64,000 bases of DNA from Polyangiaceae bacterium (GCA_044376115.1 JBILLK010000018.1:1-64000), one strand, 5' to 3'. Counted from the first letter of the stretch, positions 47,454 through 57,683 are shown. A program made the numbers and translations. Notes: generated by a model not told the origin, from the sequence alone.

Positions 47454-49288
47454 TGACGACGGCCTCCCCCTCAGCCAGCGACAAACCTCGCAAACCCGCT
47501 ACCGTCAAGCCGCAGCCCGGGCAGACGCTGTTTCGTTCGATCAAGCGCGCCCTCGGCTTTTCGGTACAGAAGCGCGCAGGCTCTGGCTTGCCGGCGCGCC
47601 CTGTCATCCGGGCGCTGGTCTGGGTTCGAAGGGCGAGCCAAGTAGGCTTTCTCGCGGCCTTCCTTTACCTGTTGTTCCAGACCACGTTCCGCGGCTCCTT
47701 CTCCGCAGAAGCGGGGGACGCGGTTCGGCTTCCGCTCCCGGTCGAGGCCTTCTTACTCGCAGATCCGTTCGTCGCAGCGATGACGCTGCTCTCGACCCAC
47801 ACGGTTTATCGCGGCCTGGTTTGGTCGGGCGGCGTGCTGCTGTTGACCCTACTTTTTGGGCGGGTCTTCTGCGGTTGGATCTGCCCGTTCGGCACGCTGC
47901 ATCACTTCTTCGGCTGGATCTTTCCTTCGCGCTATTTGAAGGGAAACAAGCGCGTTGAGCAGAACAAGACGCACGCTCTTCGGCAGAAGGTGAAGTACTA
48001 CCTGATGATCGGCTTCCTCGCGGCGGCCGCGACCGGAAGCGCGATCGGGGGTCTCTTCGATCCGATCTGTGTGGCCGTGAGAGCAATCGGGTTGGGCGTG
48101 ATACCGGCTGCGCAGTACACCTCCTCGCGCGCGAGCGACGTCGTTTACGAGACCGGCAACCAGAGCCTGCAACAGAGCACCGACGCAACCTCGGAGTTCT
48201 TCGCCAAGGCGGTCTGGCAGAACAAGCAGTTCTACTTCCACCAGACCTGGTTCATCGTGGCTTTGCTCGTTGGCATCCTGTTCATGAACCGCTTTGTTCC
48301 GCGGTTCTGGTGCCGCGTCTTGTGCCCGCTCGGAGCCTTCCTTGGCGTGTTCGCGCGAGCGGCCATCGTCGGCATGGAGAAGGATCACGCCAAGTGCACC
48401 GACTGCAATCTGTGCCTCACGCATTGTCAGGGTGCAGACAGTCCACAAGGCGGCGTGAAGTGGCAGCAGTCGGAGTGCCACATGTGCATGAACTGCGAGA
48501 CGGCCTGCCCCGAGGACGTCATCAAGTTCCGATGGTTCCCGGGCTTGCGCTCGACCCAACCCGCGCTCGACTTGGGCCGGAGAACCACGCTGACCACGGC
48601 CGCCGCCGGCGCGCTCATGATCCCGGCGGCGCGCATCGCCGACGTGATCGACGCAAACTACGACCACCGCGTGATCCGGCCGCCTGGGTCGGTGGAGGAA
48701 CGCGAGTTCCTCGAGCGCTGCATTCGTTGTGCGGAGTGCATGAAGGTGTGCCCGAACAACGCGCTTCACCCGGCGTGGTTCGAGGCCGGGATCGAGGGCA
48801 TGTGGACGCCGATCCTGATTCCGCGCATCGGCTACTGCGAGCAGTCCTGCGTGCTCTGCGGCCAAGTGTGCCCCACCGGCGCGATTCAGAAGATCACCGA
48901 GAAGCAGAAGCTGGGCATCGACCAAAAGCCGATCAGCATCGGCACTGCCTTCTTTGATCAAGGGCGCTGTTTGCCCTGGTCGATGGGCACGCCCTGCATC
49001 GTGTGCGAGGAGTTTTGCCCGACCTCTCCCAAAGCGATTTGGGCAGAGGAGGTTGAGGTCCCAAAGCGCTCAGCCAAGGCGCCCGAAGACGGCGGGGAAC
49101 CCCCGATGGAATCGGTGAAGGTCAAGCGGCCCCATGTCGATCCAACGTTGTGCATCGGCTGTGGGGCCTGCGAGAAGGTCTGCCCAATTCAAGACAAGCC
49201 GGCCGTGTACGTGACCAGCGTGGGGGAAACGCGCTCCAAATCGAACGTGATCTTGCTCGAGAACACGAGCTACACGCAAACCGGCTGA
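47453..49288 (+). CDS. Membrane polyferredoxin (NapH/MauN-like fused to NapG/MauM-like)
   Basis: FCGWICP and WCRVLCP motifs, several TM helices, multiple CxxCxxCxxxCP motifs, RPPG; TGATG overlap with the DUF362 gene. Confidence 0.9.
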   Translation: MTTASPSASDKPRKPATVKPQPGQTLFRSIKRALGFSVQKRAGSGLPARPVIRALVWVRRASQVGFLAAFLYLLFQTTFRGSFSAEAGDAVRLPLPVEAFLLADPFVAAMTLLSTHTVYRGLVWSGGVLLLTLLFGRVFCGWICPFGTLHHFFGWIFPSRYLKGNKRVEQNKTHALRQKVKYYLMIGFLAAAATGSAIGGLFDPICVAVRAIGLGVIPAAQYTSSRASDVVYETGNQSLQQSTDATSEFFAKAVWQNKQFYFHQTWFIVALLVGILFMNRFVPRFWCRVLCPLGAFLGVFARAAIVGMEKDHAKCTDCNLCLTHCQGADSPQGGVKWQQSECHMCMNCETACPEDVIKFRWFPGLRSTQPALDLGRRTTLTTAAAGALMIPAARIADVIDANYDHRVIRPPGSVEEREFLERCIRCAECMKVCPNNALHPAWFEAGIEGMWTPILIPRIGYCEQSCVLCGQVCPTGAIQKITEKQKLGIDQKPISIGTAFFDQGRCLPWSMGTPCIVCEEFCPTSPKAIWAEEVEVPKRSAKAPEDGGEPPMESVKVKRPHVDPTLCIGCGACEKVCPIQDKPAVYVTSVGETRSKSNVILLENTSYTQTG

Positions 49289-49330
49289 GGCGCTCGCCGT
49301 GCGTGAGCGGTCGTGATTTACTTCGCACCT

Positions 49331-50203
49331 ATGCTTCGCCTTCGAGTCCTCCCCTTACTTTTGCTCACCTCCGCCTGCCTCGTCGACGTGAAGGGTGGCG
49401 TCGAGGACGGCGCGGCCGGCAGTACGACCCAGGGTGGAGCGGGCCAAGGCGGAACGGGAGCAGCCGGGCTCGGCGGAGCAGCGGGTGGACAAGGCGGCAC
49501 GGCTGCAGCTGGCGGTAACGGAGGTGAAGGCGGCGCTCCCAACGGCGGCGGCGGCATGGGTGGGGTCGGAGGGATGCCCGTCACCTGTACCGAGCTCGAG
49601 TTCGACGGCAATGACCTTGCTTTCGTTGCAGGCCTCGGTAGCGAACCTCCGAGCGTGACCCTACGCGGAAGCTTTGTTCCGTCAGACCTGGCCATGGTCA
49701 ACGATCGAAACGTGCTGCTGGTTCGCCTTGGGCAGTTCCACTTGTCAGTCAAGGCCGGGGCCGTCGCGCCAACGACCACGATTGAGTTCATTCTCCAGTC
49801 ACTGACCCCAGCCACGTGCGCTGGCTACTACACCTTCAGCAACGTTCCTTCTGGGGAACTTTTTGAGTTTGAAGCGACGATCGGAGCCATGAACAACGTG
49901 GTTGCAGTCAATGGGCCAGCTGCCAGCGTTACGGCCCTCAACTGTCCCCTTGGATCCGCCACCATCCCAAACGCAAGCCTGTTCGTAGGGGATTGGGACG
50001 GACCACCGGCGACTGCACCGAACTTCATTCCAAAGCCATTCGTCGGCTCCATCAATCTGCTCAAAGCAGGCGGTTCCCAGTGCATCGAGTTCGATGCTTC
50101 CGTCGCCTCCCCCGGTGTGGATCCAATCCCCAGCGTGAACGGCTGCACCCTTGGGCTCGACCTCGGGGCCGACCCGAATGACCCCGCGTTGATCTGCCAG
50201 TAG
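49331..50203 (+). CDS. Gly-rich lipoprotein with beta-sandwich (LamG-like) domain
   Basis: TSAC lipobox, poly-Gly linker, LEFDGND...LFVG...FVGSI pattern. Confidence 0.6.
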   Translation: MLRLRVLPLLLLTSACLVDVKGGVEDGAAGSTTQGGAGQGGTGAAGLGGAAGGQGGTAAAGGNGGEGGAPNGGGGMGGVGGMPVTCTELEFDGNDLAFVAGLGSEPPSVTLRGSFVPSDLAMVNDRNVLLVRLGQFHLSVKAGAVAPTTTIEFILQSLTPATCAGYYTFSNVPSGELFEFEATIGAMNNVVAVNGPAASVTALNCPLGSATIPNASLFVGDWDGPPATAPNFIPKPFVGSINLLKAGGSQCIEFDASVASPGVDPIPSVNGCTLGLDLGADPNDPALICQ

Positions 50204-50208
50204 CGCGA

Positions 50209-51210
50209 CTACTTCTTCTCGCGCCGAAAGCCCTTCTTGACCAGCGTGCTGTTCACCAGCCGTTCGGCCAGTGGATTGAGCGGCCCGTAGCGATCGTCGA
50301 TCGGGTTGGAGGGGCGGTCTTCGAACGGCGAGTCTTCAGCAACCTCGCCATGCCCCAATTGCGCGAGCGCCTGCTCGACCTCGCGCATCGACTGCGGCCG
50401 GTCCTCCGGACGCTTGCGCAGCATGCGCAGCACGAGGGCCTCGAGCGCAACGGGCACCGCTTCATCGAGCCAGGAAAGTGGTGGAGGTGGTGACAGCAGC
50501 TGATGACCGAGCGTCGCAACTTGATCGTCGGTCGAGAACGGGTGCTGGCCGGTCAGCACTTTGTACATCACCAGCCCAAGCGCATAAACGTCGACTCGAA
50601 CATCGACTGTGTCGCCGGAGGCCTGCTCGGGCGCGGCGTAGGCCGGTGTACCAACGAGCAAACCCGAGCCAGTGATCTGACTACCGACGACGCGCGCAAA
50701 TCCAAAGTCGAGGATCTTCGCTGTGAACCCGGCGGCGGTATCCGCTGCGGCGCAGAGAAAGACGTTCTGCGGCTTGATGTCGCGGTGAACGATACCGGCC
50801 TCGTGCACGGCACACAGGCCCTTCACCAGGTCAGCAAAAAGCGCCAGCGCATCCGCGAGCGCGAACTTCTCCGACTCCAGCCGGTCGGACAGTGACTGGC
50901 CGCGCAGAAGCTCCATCACGTAATAGAGCGGGCCCTGTTTCGAGCGCGGAAAATCGATCAGACGCACCACGTTCGGGTGAACGATCTTCTCCAACACCGA
51001 CCACTCCCGTTGAAAGCGAGTGCGCACGTCGGGTTGCGTAGCCCGCCCTTCCAACAGCACCTTGATCGCGACCTCACGTCCAGCCTCGCTGCGAGCAGAA
51101 TAGACCGCCCCCATCCCGCCCTGACCGAGCAGCTGCTCGATCTTGTAGATGCCGATGCGAGTGCCTTGCAGGTCCGGTGCGCTCGACGGAGTGAACGCGT
51201 CGTTGGTCAT
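50209..51210 (-). CDS. Cytoplasmic Ser/Thr kinase
   Basis: GQGGMG, VAIK, HRDIKPQN, DFG, GTPAYAAPE. Confidence 0.92.
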   Translation of the reverse strand: MTNDAFTPSSAPDLQGTRIGIYKIEQLLGQGGMGAVYSARSEAGREVAIKVLLEGRATQPDVRTRFQREWSVLEKIVHPNVVRLIDFPRSKQGPLYYVMELLRGQSLSDRLESEKFALADALALFADLVKGLCAVHEAGIVHRDIKPQNVFLCAAADTAAGFTAKILDFGFARVVGSQITGSGLLVGTPAYAAPEQASGDTVDVRVDVYALGLVMYKVLTGQHPFSTDDQVATLGHQLLSPPPPLSWLDEAVPVALEALVLRMLRKRPEDRPQSMREVEQALAQLGHGEVAEDSPFEDRPSNPIDDRYGPLNPLAERLVNSTLVKKGFRREKK

Positions 51211-51623
51211 TCGATCAAGTGCACCCGGATACCGACGGATGAAAGTAACTCCAAAACGTCAGTCGGATGCTCCTGCATCGGGGCATACACGTCTTGCACG
51301 CCCCCAAGATTGACCAAGCGTTTGGCACACGCGCGGCATGGCAGCTTGGAAGAAAAAACAATCTTGGGCTCCGCTCGCGGGGCATCACATTGAATGACCG
51401 CATTCTCTTCCGCGTGGAGACAACCGCAATCGGGTTGGCCAGGATGATCACAACCGTTGGCAAGCCCAGACGCGTTCCCGCGATAGCCAAGCGCTAGGAC
51501 CTTCCGGAAGTCGATGCTCGTGATCACCGCCCCTACGGGGTCAACCACGCAGGTGGAACGCTGCGCGAGGGAACGGGCAAGAGTGAGGTAAATTCCTGGA
51601 AAGGTAGGTCTCTCCGAACCCAT
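51207..51623 (-). CDS. dCMP deaminase / ComEB-like Zn-dependent deaminase
   Basis: RSTC...VGAVI, HAEENA, PCRAC; ATGA overlap with the kinase gene. Confidence 0.88.
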   Translation of the reverse strand: MGSERPTFPGIYLTLARSLAQRSTCVVDPVGAVITSIDFRKVLALGYRGNASGLANGCDHPGQPDCGCLHAEENAVIQCDAPRAEPKIVFSSKLPCRACAKRLVNLGGVQDVYAPMQEHPTDVLELLSSVGIRVHLIE

Positions 51624-51731
51624 CGAGGCATCCTACAGCAACCTGTTCGCCACGAGCGTGAATCAACAGCACTGAAAATTGCGCCAACCGCCCAACTGCA
51701 ACCGCGTCTTGCGGTATCTTCGCGGGCGACT

Positions 51732-54700
51732 TTGACCACGCGACCCAAACTCACCCTGAGTTCCTCCGTGCCTCCGCCGATCGACGGTGCGGACGTCTCC
51801 TTTCACGAGTCCGAGTTGGACGGCGAAGAACCGCTCGAGCTTGGGGAGCCGGACGCGCCGCTCGAGATCGAGGCGGCCGCATTGCGTGAGGCAGTGACGC
51901 GCGAGGCCTCGACGCGCAAGGCGATCGCCGCGCTTGAATTGGTCGAGGGCAGCCTCGTACCCCCCGAGTTCGGCGCAAGCGACTCGCTCGTTCCGCCGCC
52001 AAGCTCCTCCGCTCCCGGCGCGACCGTGGCGCGCTCCGAACGTTCGTCGATCCCACCGCGAGTTTCTCGCAGCTCGCTGACACCGCCAGCGATCGAACGC
52101 GGCCCCGGCCGCGAACCTCGACGCAATGGCCGGGAACCACAGTCTTTGGTCGGCCAACTCGCCGAATGGCCAACGCTCTCACGAGAGCAGCGTCGAGTCG
52201 GCTTTCGACAGGTCCTTGCCGAGCTCGCTCGAGGGGCGTTCGATGATGGGCCGAGTCCACTCGAGGGCATTCGCTCCGATACGCTCACGCAAGCCGTAGC
52301 CGGCGCGGTGCAAGACGAGCTGTTCGACGATCTCGACTGGCTTTCGCCGGGCCAAGGAGGCGCTGCCATTTTTCATCTGGCCGCTGCGCTTCCTCCTGGC
52401 ACCGAACAACGTGAACTAGGGCGACGTGGATTTTCGCGCTTGCTCGCAGCCGATGCAGAGGCGTTCTCCACGATTGCTACGCAGCTCGCGCGGGCTGGGG
52501 GGCGTGCATTGCTCACGCCGGCGGTTACCGCTCGCGTTGCGCTGTTGTTCGAGATGCCGCTGGCGCTCGAGCTCAACGACACGACGCTCGCGTATGCGCT
52601 GGCGTCGCGGCGAACGCTGGCCAGCCGTTTTTTGGTGGAGCCCTCGAGTCGATCGCTGCCCGAACGTCGATTGGCCGCTCGCATTCTCGAGCGCGCGGCG
52701 ATCTCCGCGTGGAAACGTGCGCGGGGGGGGGATCGCTCGGGGCTTCGTTTGGTCGGGCAGGACGGCGTACTCGGCCCGGTGTGGAACCGCTTGTTCGCCG
52801 ATCGTGAGGCGCTGGTTTGGCGCCATGTAGCGTTTGGCAAAGGCGTGCTTACGCCCACCCATTCGCAGAGTCTGTCCGGCCTCATGCGGCAATTCGGAGA
52901 GGATCTGAGCCCGACCGAGTGGAGAAGATCGATCGTCATGCTAGGCGGCCTGGCCTTGGTTGACGGCTCGCTCGCGCTCGATCTTGCGGGTCGCGTGTTC
53001 GACGCGGGGCTGTTGCAGCGCGATTCTGGCGCGGCCGCGGGCTTCGTTTGGTCGCTAGGGCGGGTGGCAGCGACCGACCCGGACCTCGCCCGTGAACTCT
53101 TCGACCTAGCCGTGCCCAAGAACCCGGCCGACCTTGCTGAAGGGGCACTCGCGCTCGCGCGCGAACTCGGAGATTCACCGTTCTTGGAATATGCGCGCGG
53201 GGCGGCGCTCGCTCGGCTGTCGAGTTCGAATAGTTCCAACGACGAGGAGGGCGTCTTGGCCCTGCGCAGGGAACTCGCGCCACGCGAGGAGGATCTCCAC
53301 CTAGCGACCTCACTGGCCGAGCAGGCGCAGCAAGCCTTAATGCGCTTCCACAGCTCGGGAGCCGCAGCCGCGCTCGACGCAGGGCAACGCATGCTCGAGG
53401 CGGCCAGGAGTGTGGTCGATACGCTCTCGGTGCTGGGGCAGGATGAAGGCAGTGCGCTGGCCAGGCGCACCAGCTTCAATGTCGTACGGGACCTCGATGT
53501 AGGGTTCCTCGAGCGCGACATCCTCGCCAACTTGCTGCGGCTCGATACGCGCGAGGCTCGCGTCAAGAACGCTGACGAAGTCGTGGAGCACCTGCGCGAC
53601 CGCATCTTCAGCTGGTTGGTCGATCGTGCGCTGAAGCCGCACATCAACTTGCCAAGCTCTAGCACCTCGGGAGAGCACGTAATTCCGGCTCAATTGGATC
53701 ACGTCGCGCTCCATTTGGGTCGTGTGCGAGCCTTTCTTCACCTCGTGGACGGTGACGCTCTTGGCCGCAGCGAAGACGGTGATCGTCTGGCGATCGCGCG
53801 CTTCCGCTTGGCCCTGCGCTCGCTGGTCGAGTGCTTCGAATCTGGTCCACCCGGCCCGCTGCGCCGCGCGATGGTGGCGGCCTTCGCGCGCTGCCTGGAC
53901 GCGCTCGTTCGCGCGTCGGCTTGCGACGTATCGGACGTCCTGCTGGTTGCCCTCAACACCCTGCGCGAACCGCGCGATCTGGATGCGCTCGCCGAAGCGG
54001 CGATGGATCCCGACGTTTCCCGTTTGCTCGTGGCGGCCAGCGCGCTGTGGGGCAAACAGCCGCCGAAGCCCGGCGGCAGCATCCCGGTAATCATGGACAG
54101 CATCCTGCCGCCTAGCCTCACTGTGGAGACCCCCTCCACCGGGCTGACCGCACTCGACGCACTTGCCGAGGAGCTGGCCGAGGTCGGAACCGCGCGGAGC
54201 GATGGCTTGCGCGGCGTGTTGCTCAAGCTGCACCAGGGCTTCACCGCCGTAAGCGCAGCTCGCGGGTTGAACGCGCTCTCGCTCGACGACAACGACGCTG
54301 CCGTGTTGGTCGCGATCGAGGCCGGAGCGTTTGCGCTGACGCAACTGTTCGCTGGCGCGCACGCGCGCGTGCTCGATGACGTCAAGCATGTTCCCCGGCG
54401 CAGTCCGTCCTCCGCACTGTCGAGCCTGGTGTTGGCTGCCATGCGCAAGGCCGAGCCGCTCGCCGAAGGGGCTACGCAGCTTCCGGCAACGGTGCTCACC
54501 GCTGGGCTTTCCAGCTGGTTCGTGAGGATGTTTGGCGACGAGCTTCGCGCGCTCGAAGGTTTGCCGATCACCGCCCCCGCTTCCTCCTCACGCCCCGAGA
54601 TGCTCCCGGTCGAGCTTCCCGGCTGGATCCCGTCGCGGCGCACGCTTGGAGCTTTCTGGGTTGAGCGACCACTCGCAGCCGGCGGCGTCGGCTCGGTGTT

Positions 54701-55514
54701 CATCGTTACCCGCACCGAGGATCGCTTTCATGATGACGCAGAACGCTTCGCCTTGAAGGTACCGGACTACAACGCCAACGCCGCTCGGCATCTTTCGGAG
54801 GAGCAGTTTCTTGGCCTCTTTCGAGGGGAAGCGTCGGCCTTGGTGTCGCTACCTCAGCACGAGAGTCTCGCGCGCTTCGTCACCTTCGATCTGGCAGCAC
54901 GACCCAAACCGATTTTGGTGATGGAGCTCGTGGAAGGGCCCAACCTCGAGCGGATGATCGACACGCGCGCGCTCAGCTGGGAGCTCGCGATGGAGTCGGT
55001 CGAGAACGTCACGGCTGGGCTGATGGCGATGCACCAAGCAGGCGTCGGACACCTCGATCTCAAGCCCGCCAACGTGGTGCTTCGAAAGGGTACGCACGCG
55101 GTGTTGGTGGACTTTGGGTTGGCGGGTCGGCAACTGCGCCCGGGTTGCGGCTCCGCGCCGTATGCAGCGCCTGAAGTGTGGAACTACGACGCGCGACAAC
55201 CTAGCTCGCCGATGGCGGCCGACATGTACTCGCTCGGTTGTCTGCTGTTCGAAACGCTGACCGCCGACGTCCTGTTCGATGGGGACAACGAGCTCAACAT
55301 GATCGCGCAGCACCTCGCGCACGACGGCTTTCCACCGAAACTCCGCGCCCTCGCGAGCAACGCCAAGCACGCCGCACTGGCCGAGTTGCTGTTTGCGGTG
55401 CTGCGAAGAAACCCTGCGGATCGGCTGGACATCGCAGGCTTCAGCGCTGAACTGCGGCGCGTGGTCTCCCGCTACAAAGCGCGTGAATGGCCACTGCCTG
55501 TGCCGCGAGCGTGA
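51732..55514 (+). CDS. Large protein with about 960-aa helical N-terminus and C-terminal non-RD Ser/Thr kinase
   Basis: AAGGVG, FALK, HLDLKPAN, DFG, YAAPE in the last ~300 aa; Ala/Leu/Arg-rich N-terminus. Confidence 0.85.
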   Translation: MTTRPKLTLSSSVPPPIDGADVSFHESELDGEEPLELGEPDAPLEIEAAALREAVTREASTRKAIAALELVEGSLVPPEFGASDSLVPPPSSSAPGATVARSERSSIPPRVSRSSLTPPAIERGPGREPRRNGREPQSLVGQLAEWPTLSREQRRVGFRQVLAELARGAFDDGPSPLEGIRSDTLTQAVAGAVQDELFDDLDWLSPGQGGAAIFHLAAALPPGTEQRELGRRGFSRLLAADAEAFSTIATQLARAGGRALLTPAVTARVALLFEMPLALELNDTTLAYALASRRTLASRFLVEPSSRSLPERRLAARILERAAISAWKRARGGDRSGLRLVGQDGVLGPVWNRLFADREALVWRHVAFGKGVLTPTHSQSLSGLMRQFGEDLSPTEWRRSIVMLGGLALVDGSLALDLAGRVFDAGLLQRDSGAAAGFVWSLGRVAATDPDLARELFDLAVPKNPADLAEGALALARELGDSPFLEYARGAALARLSSSNSSNDEEGVLALRRELAPREEDLHLATSLAEQAQQALMRFHSSGAAAALDAGQRMLEAARSVVDTLSVLGQDEGSALARRTSFNVVRDLDVGFLERDILANLLRLDTREARVKNADEVVEHLRDRIFSWLVDRALKPHINLPSSSTSGEHVIPAQLDHVALHLGRVRAFLHLVDGDALGRSEDGDRLAIARFRLALRSLVECFESGPPGPLRRAMVAAFARCLDALVRASACDVSDVLLVALNTLREPRDLDALAEAAMDPDVSRLLVAASALWGKQPPKPGGSIPVIMDSILPPSLTVETPSTGLTALDALAEELAEVGTARSDGLRGVLLKLHQGFTAVSAARGLNALSLDDNDAAVLVAIEAGAFALTQLFAGAHARVLDDVKHVPRRSPSSALSSLVLAAMRKAEPLAEGATQLPATVLTAGLSSWFVRMFGDELRALEGLPITAPASSSRPEMLPVELPGWIPSRRTLGAFWVERPLAAGGVGSVFIVTRTEDRFHDDAERFALKVPDYNANAARHLSEEQFLGLFRGEASALVSLPQHESLARFVTFDLAARPKPILVMELVEGPNLERMIDTRALSWELAMESVENVTAGLMAMHQAGVGHLDLKPANVVLRKGTHAVLVDFGLAGRQLRPGCGSAPYAAPEVWNYDARQPSSPMAADMYSLGCLLFETLTADVLFDGDNELNMIAQHLAHDGFPPKLRALASNAKHAALAELLFAVLRRNPADRLDIAGFSAELRRVVSRYKAREWPLPVPRA

Positions 55515-55533
55515 AGCCGCTCTCGAGCAGCCC

Positions 55534-56439
55534 TCAGAGCTTCCGCCCAACCAAGAACTGAATGTCGCCGGCGGGCGTCTCCTTCTCCTCACGCGCGCGC
55601 GCCCAACGCGAACCCGACCGGATTCGGCTCACGACTCCTTGCGCAGCCACAGCCAGATTTCGACCGCGACGAGCAACCCATCGCGCCGCCGTCCGCTCGA
55701 AAAACGGCGCGACAAACACGACCTCCACCGAGGCTCGCTCCACCGCGAGCTTCAACCCCAGCGCACTGAAGGTATGCAGGTGCTCAGGCGGGCACACCCA
55801 ATGCGAGCGAGCGGCGAAAAGGCGCTCACAAAGATCACCGACGAGCGGCGTGTCGATAGCGAGGAGCCCGCCGGGCCGAAGGACGCGGACGGCTTCATGG
55901 AGCGAGGTCTCCGGATCACGCACATGCTCGATGCACGACCACATGGTCACGACGTCGAAGGTCCCGTCGGCAAACGGAATGCTGCCTCGTCGGTCGAGGT
56001 CCGCAGGCTGCGCGGTCGCAAAACCGAGATCTTTCGGCTTCTGAATGAAGTCGACGATATCGACCTGAAAACCCGCCTCATGAGCCAGCTTTCCAAACAT
56101 ACCGTTGCTCCCAGCCACGTCGAGCAGGCGGCCGCGCCCGCCCTGCTGGGAGATCACTTCAAGCCGAGCCTGCCATCGCTTCGGCATCTCCACCTGGTAA
56201 CGCTCTTGGCCCATCCCAGCCGTGTATTCCTCGTTGTAACGCGCGTAGTGAGCGAGCAGCGTCTCGACCGAAGGCAGCGGATGCGTTGCCCAGGAAGCGC
56301 AGGCTGGGCAGCGATAAACAGCATAGCCGTTCACACTCAGCGTCTCGGCCGCGCGTGCTACCGTCGCCCCACATCCGGGGCAACGGAACTCAGTCCGTTG
56401 CCGTTGCGATTCAGGCACAAGATGGTCCAACAGCGGCAT
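55534..56439 (-). CDS. Class I SAM-dependent methyltransferase with N-terminal Cys4 motif
   Basis: CPGC...CPAC, LLDVAGSNG, FDVVTMWSCIEH, LRPGG, PPEHL; GAGG RBS. Confidence 0.88.
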   Translation of the reverse strand: MPLLDHLVPESQRQRTEFRCPGCGATVARAAETLSVNGYAVYRCPACASWATHPLPSVETLLAHYARYNEEYTAGMGQERYQVEMPKRWQARLEVISQQGGRGRLLDVAGSNGMFGKLAHEAGFQVDIVDFIQKPKDLGFATAQPADLDRRGSIPFADGTFDVVTMWSCIEHVRDPETSLHEAVRVLRPGGLLAIDTPLVGDLCERLFAARSHWVCPPEHLHTFSALGLKLAVERASVEVVFVAPFFERTAARWVARRGRNLAVAAQGVVSRIRSGSRWARAREEKETPAGDIQFLVGRKL

Positions 56440-56519
56440 AAGAGTTCCTCGGCGGCGCATCCTACTTCAAGATGCAGCGGCGCCACGACGGGGTTGACGG
56501 TGAGCACGGATCACGAGCG

Positions 56520-57683
56520 ATGAAAGCTCCCCTTCGGGTGCTTCATCTAACCCCGGCATTCGCGCCGGCGTATCGATATGGCGGCCCCATTCGAAGTGTG
56601 GAGGGGCTGGTCAAGGAGCTTGCAGCCGCGGGCGTAGACGTGCGTGTGCTCACCACCGACGCAGACGGCCCGAACCGTCTAGCAGTCCCACACGGATGGC
56701 ACGAGCGCGACGGCGCTCTCGTGCGCTACCTCCCTCGCCTTGCCCCGCCGGATCTCGCGCCGGAGCTCGTGTGGCAAGCGGTGCTGGCCAGCCGAGCGTG
56801 CGACGTCGTCCACGTGACAGCGCTGTTTTCGGTACCATCCGCGATCGCGCTGGCAGCGGCGAGAGTCACCGGCGTCCCGGTGGTTTTCTCCCCGCGTGGA
56901 GCCCTCGAAGGAGCCGCGCTGGCGAGCGGGGGCGTACAACGCAAACAACTTTGGCTGCGCGCACTGAGGCCGCTGCTCGAGGAGTGCGTTTTCCACGCCA
57001 CCAGCGAACAGGAACTCGAGTCGGTGCGCGCGGTGTTTGGTGCCGCGGTGAGGGTGTTCGTGATTCCCAACGGCACGACGGTCGAGCCAGCAGCACGGGC
57101 TGCCGAGCGCAAGGCGAAGCGCCGGCCAACGCCGCATCTGGTGGTGGGCGCTTTGGGGCGGATTCACCCGATCAAGGCCCTTCACAAACTGATCGACGCA
57201 GCAGCGCTCCTGAATCAGCGCGGGCTTCCAATCGAGCTCCGCATCGCCGGGCCCGAGCACGTGCCCGAGTACGCGGAGAAGCTGCGGCGCCAGGTCGCCG
57301 AGTTGGGCCTCGCAGGCAAAGTCTCCTTTTTGCCGGAGCTCCAAGGCGAAGCGAAGCTCGACTTTCTGGCTGGTTGCGACCTGCTTTGCTTGTGCTCGGA
57401 GTCGGAGAACTTCGGCAACGTGGTGGTGGAGGCGCTCTCGAGCTCCACCCCGGTGGTGGCCTCGCGCGGCACGCCCTGGCAGCAGCTCGCAACGCACGAC
57501 TGTGGCGCTTGGGTCGATAACGCCCCTGCCTCCCTTGCAGGCGCCATCGCTGAGTTCGCCCTGGACCGCGCCAGAGTGGAACGCTGCGGGGAGCGAGGGC
57601 GTGCGCTGGTCTTGCAGCAGTTCACCTGGCAGGCGGTCGCCGCTCGCATGATCGAGCAGTACCAGCTCGTCACCGCGGACTGA
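56520..57683 (+). CDS. GT4-family glycosyltransferase
   Basis: YGGP, SPRG, IPNG, GRIHPIK, SENFGNVVVEAL. Confidence 0.92.
   Translation: MKAPLRVLHLTPAFAPAYRYGGPIRSVEGLVKELAAAGVDVRVLTTDADGPNRLAVPHGWHERDGALVRYLPRLAPPDLAPELVWQAVLASRACDVVHVTALFSVPSAIALAAARVTGVPVVFSPRGALEGAALASGGVQRKQLWLRALRPLLEECVFHATSEQELESVRAVFGAAVRVFVIPNGTTVEPAARAAERKAKRRPTPHLVVGALGRIHPIKALHKLIDAAALLNQRGLPIELRIAGPEHVPEYAEKLRRQVAELGLAGKVSFLPELQGEAKLDFLAGCDLLCLCSESENFGNVVVEALSSSTPVVASRGTPWQQLATHDCGAWVDNAPASLAGAIAEFALDRARVERCGERGRALVLQQFTWQAVAARMIEQYQLVTAD

Noticed and set aside
52723..52731. G9 tract in the large kinase as a phase-variation switch
   Set aside because: Short, in-frame (Arg-Gly-Gly-Asp) and expected by chance in GC-rich DNA; no evidence of slippage without reads.
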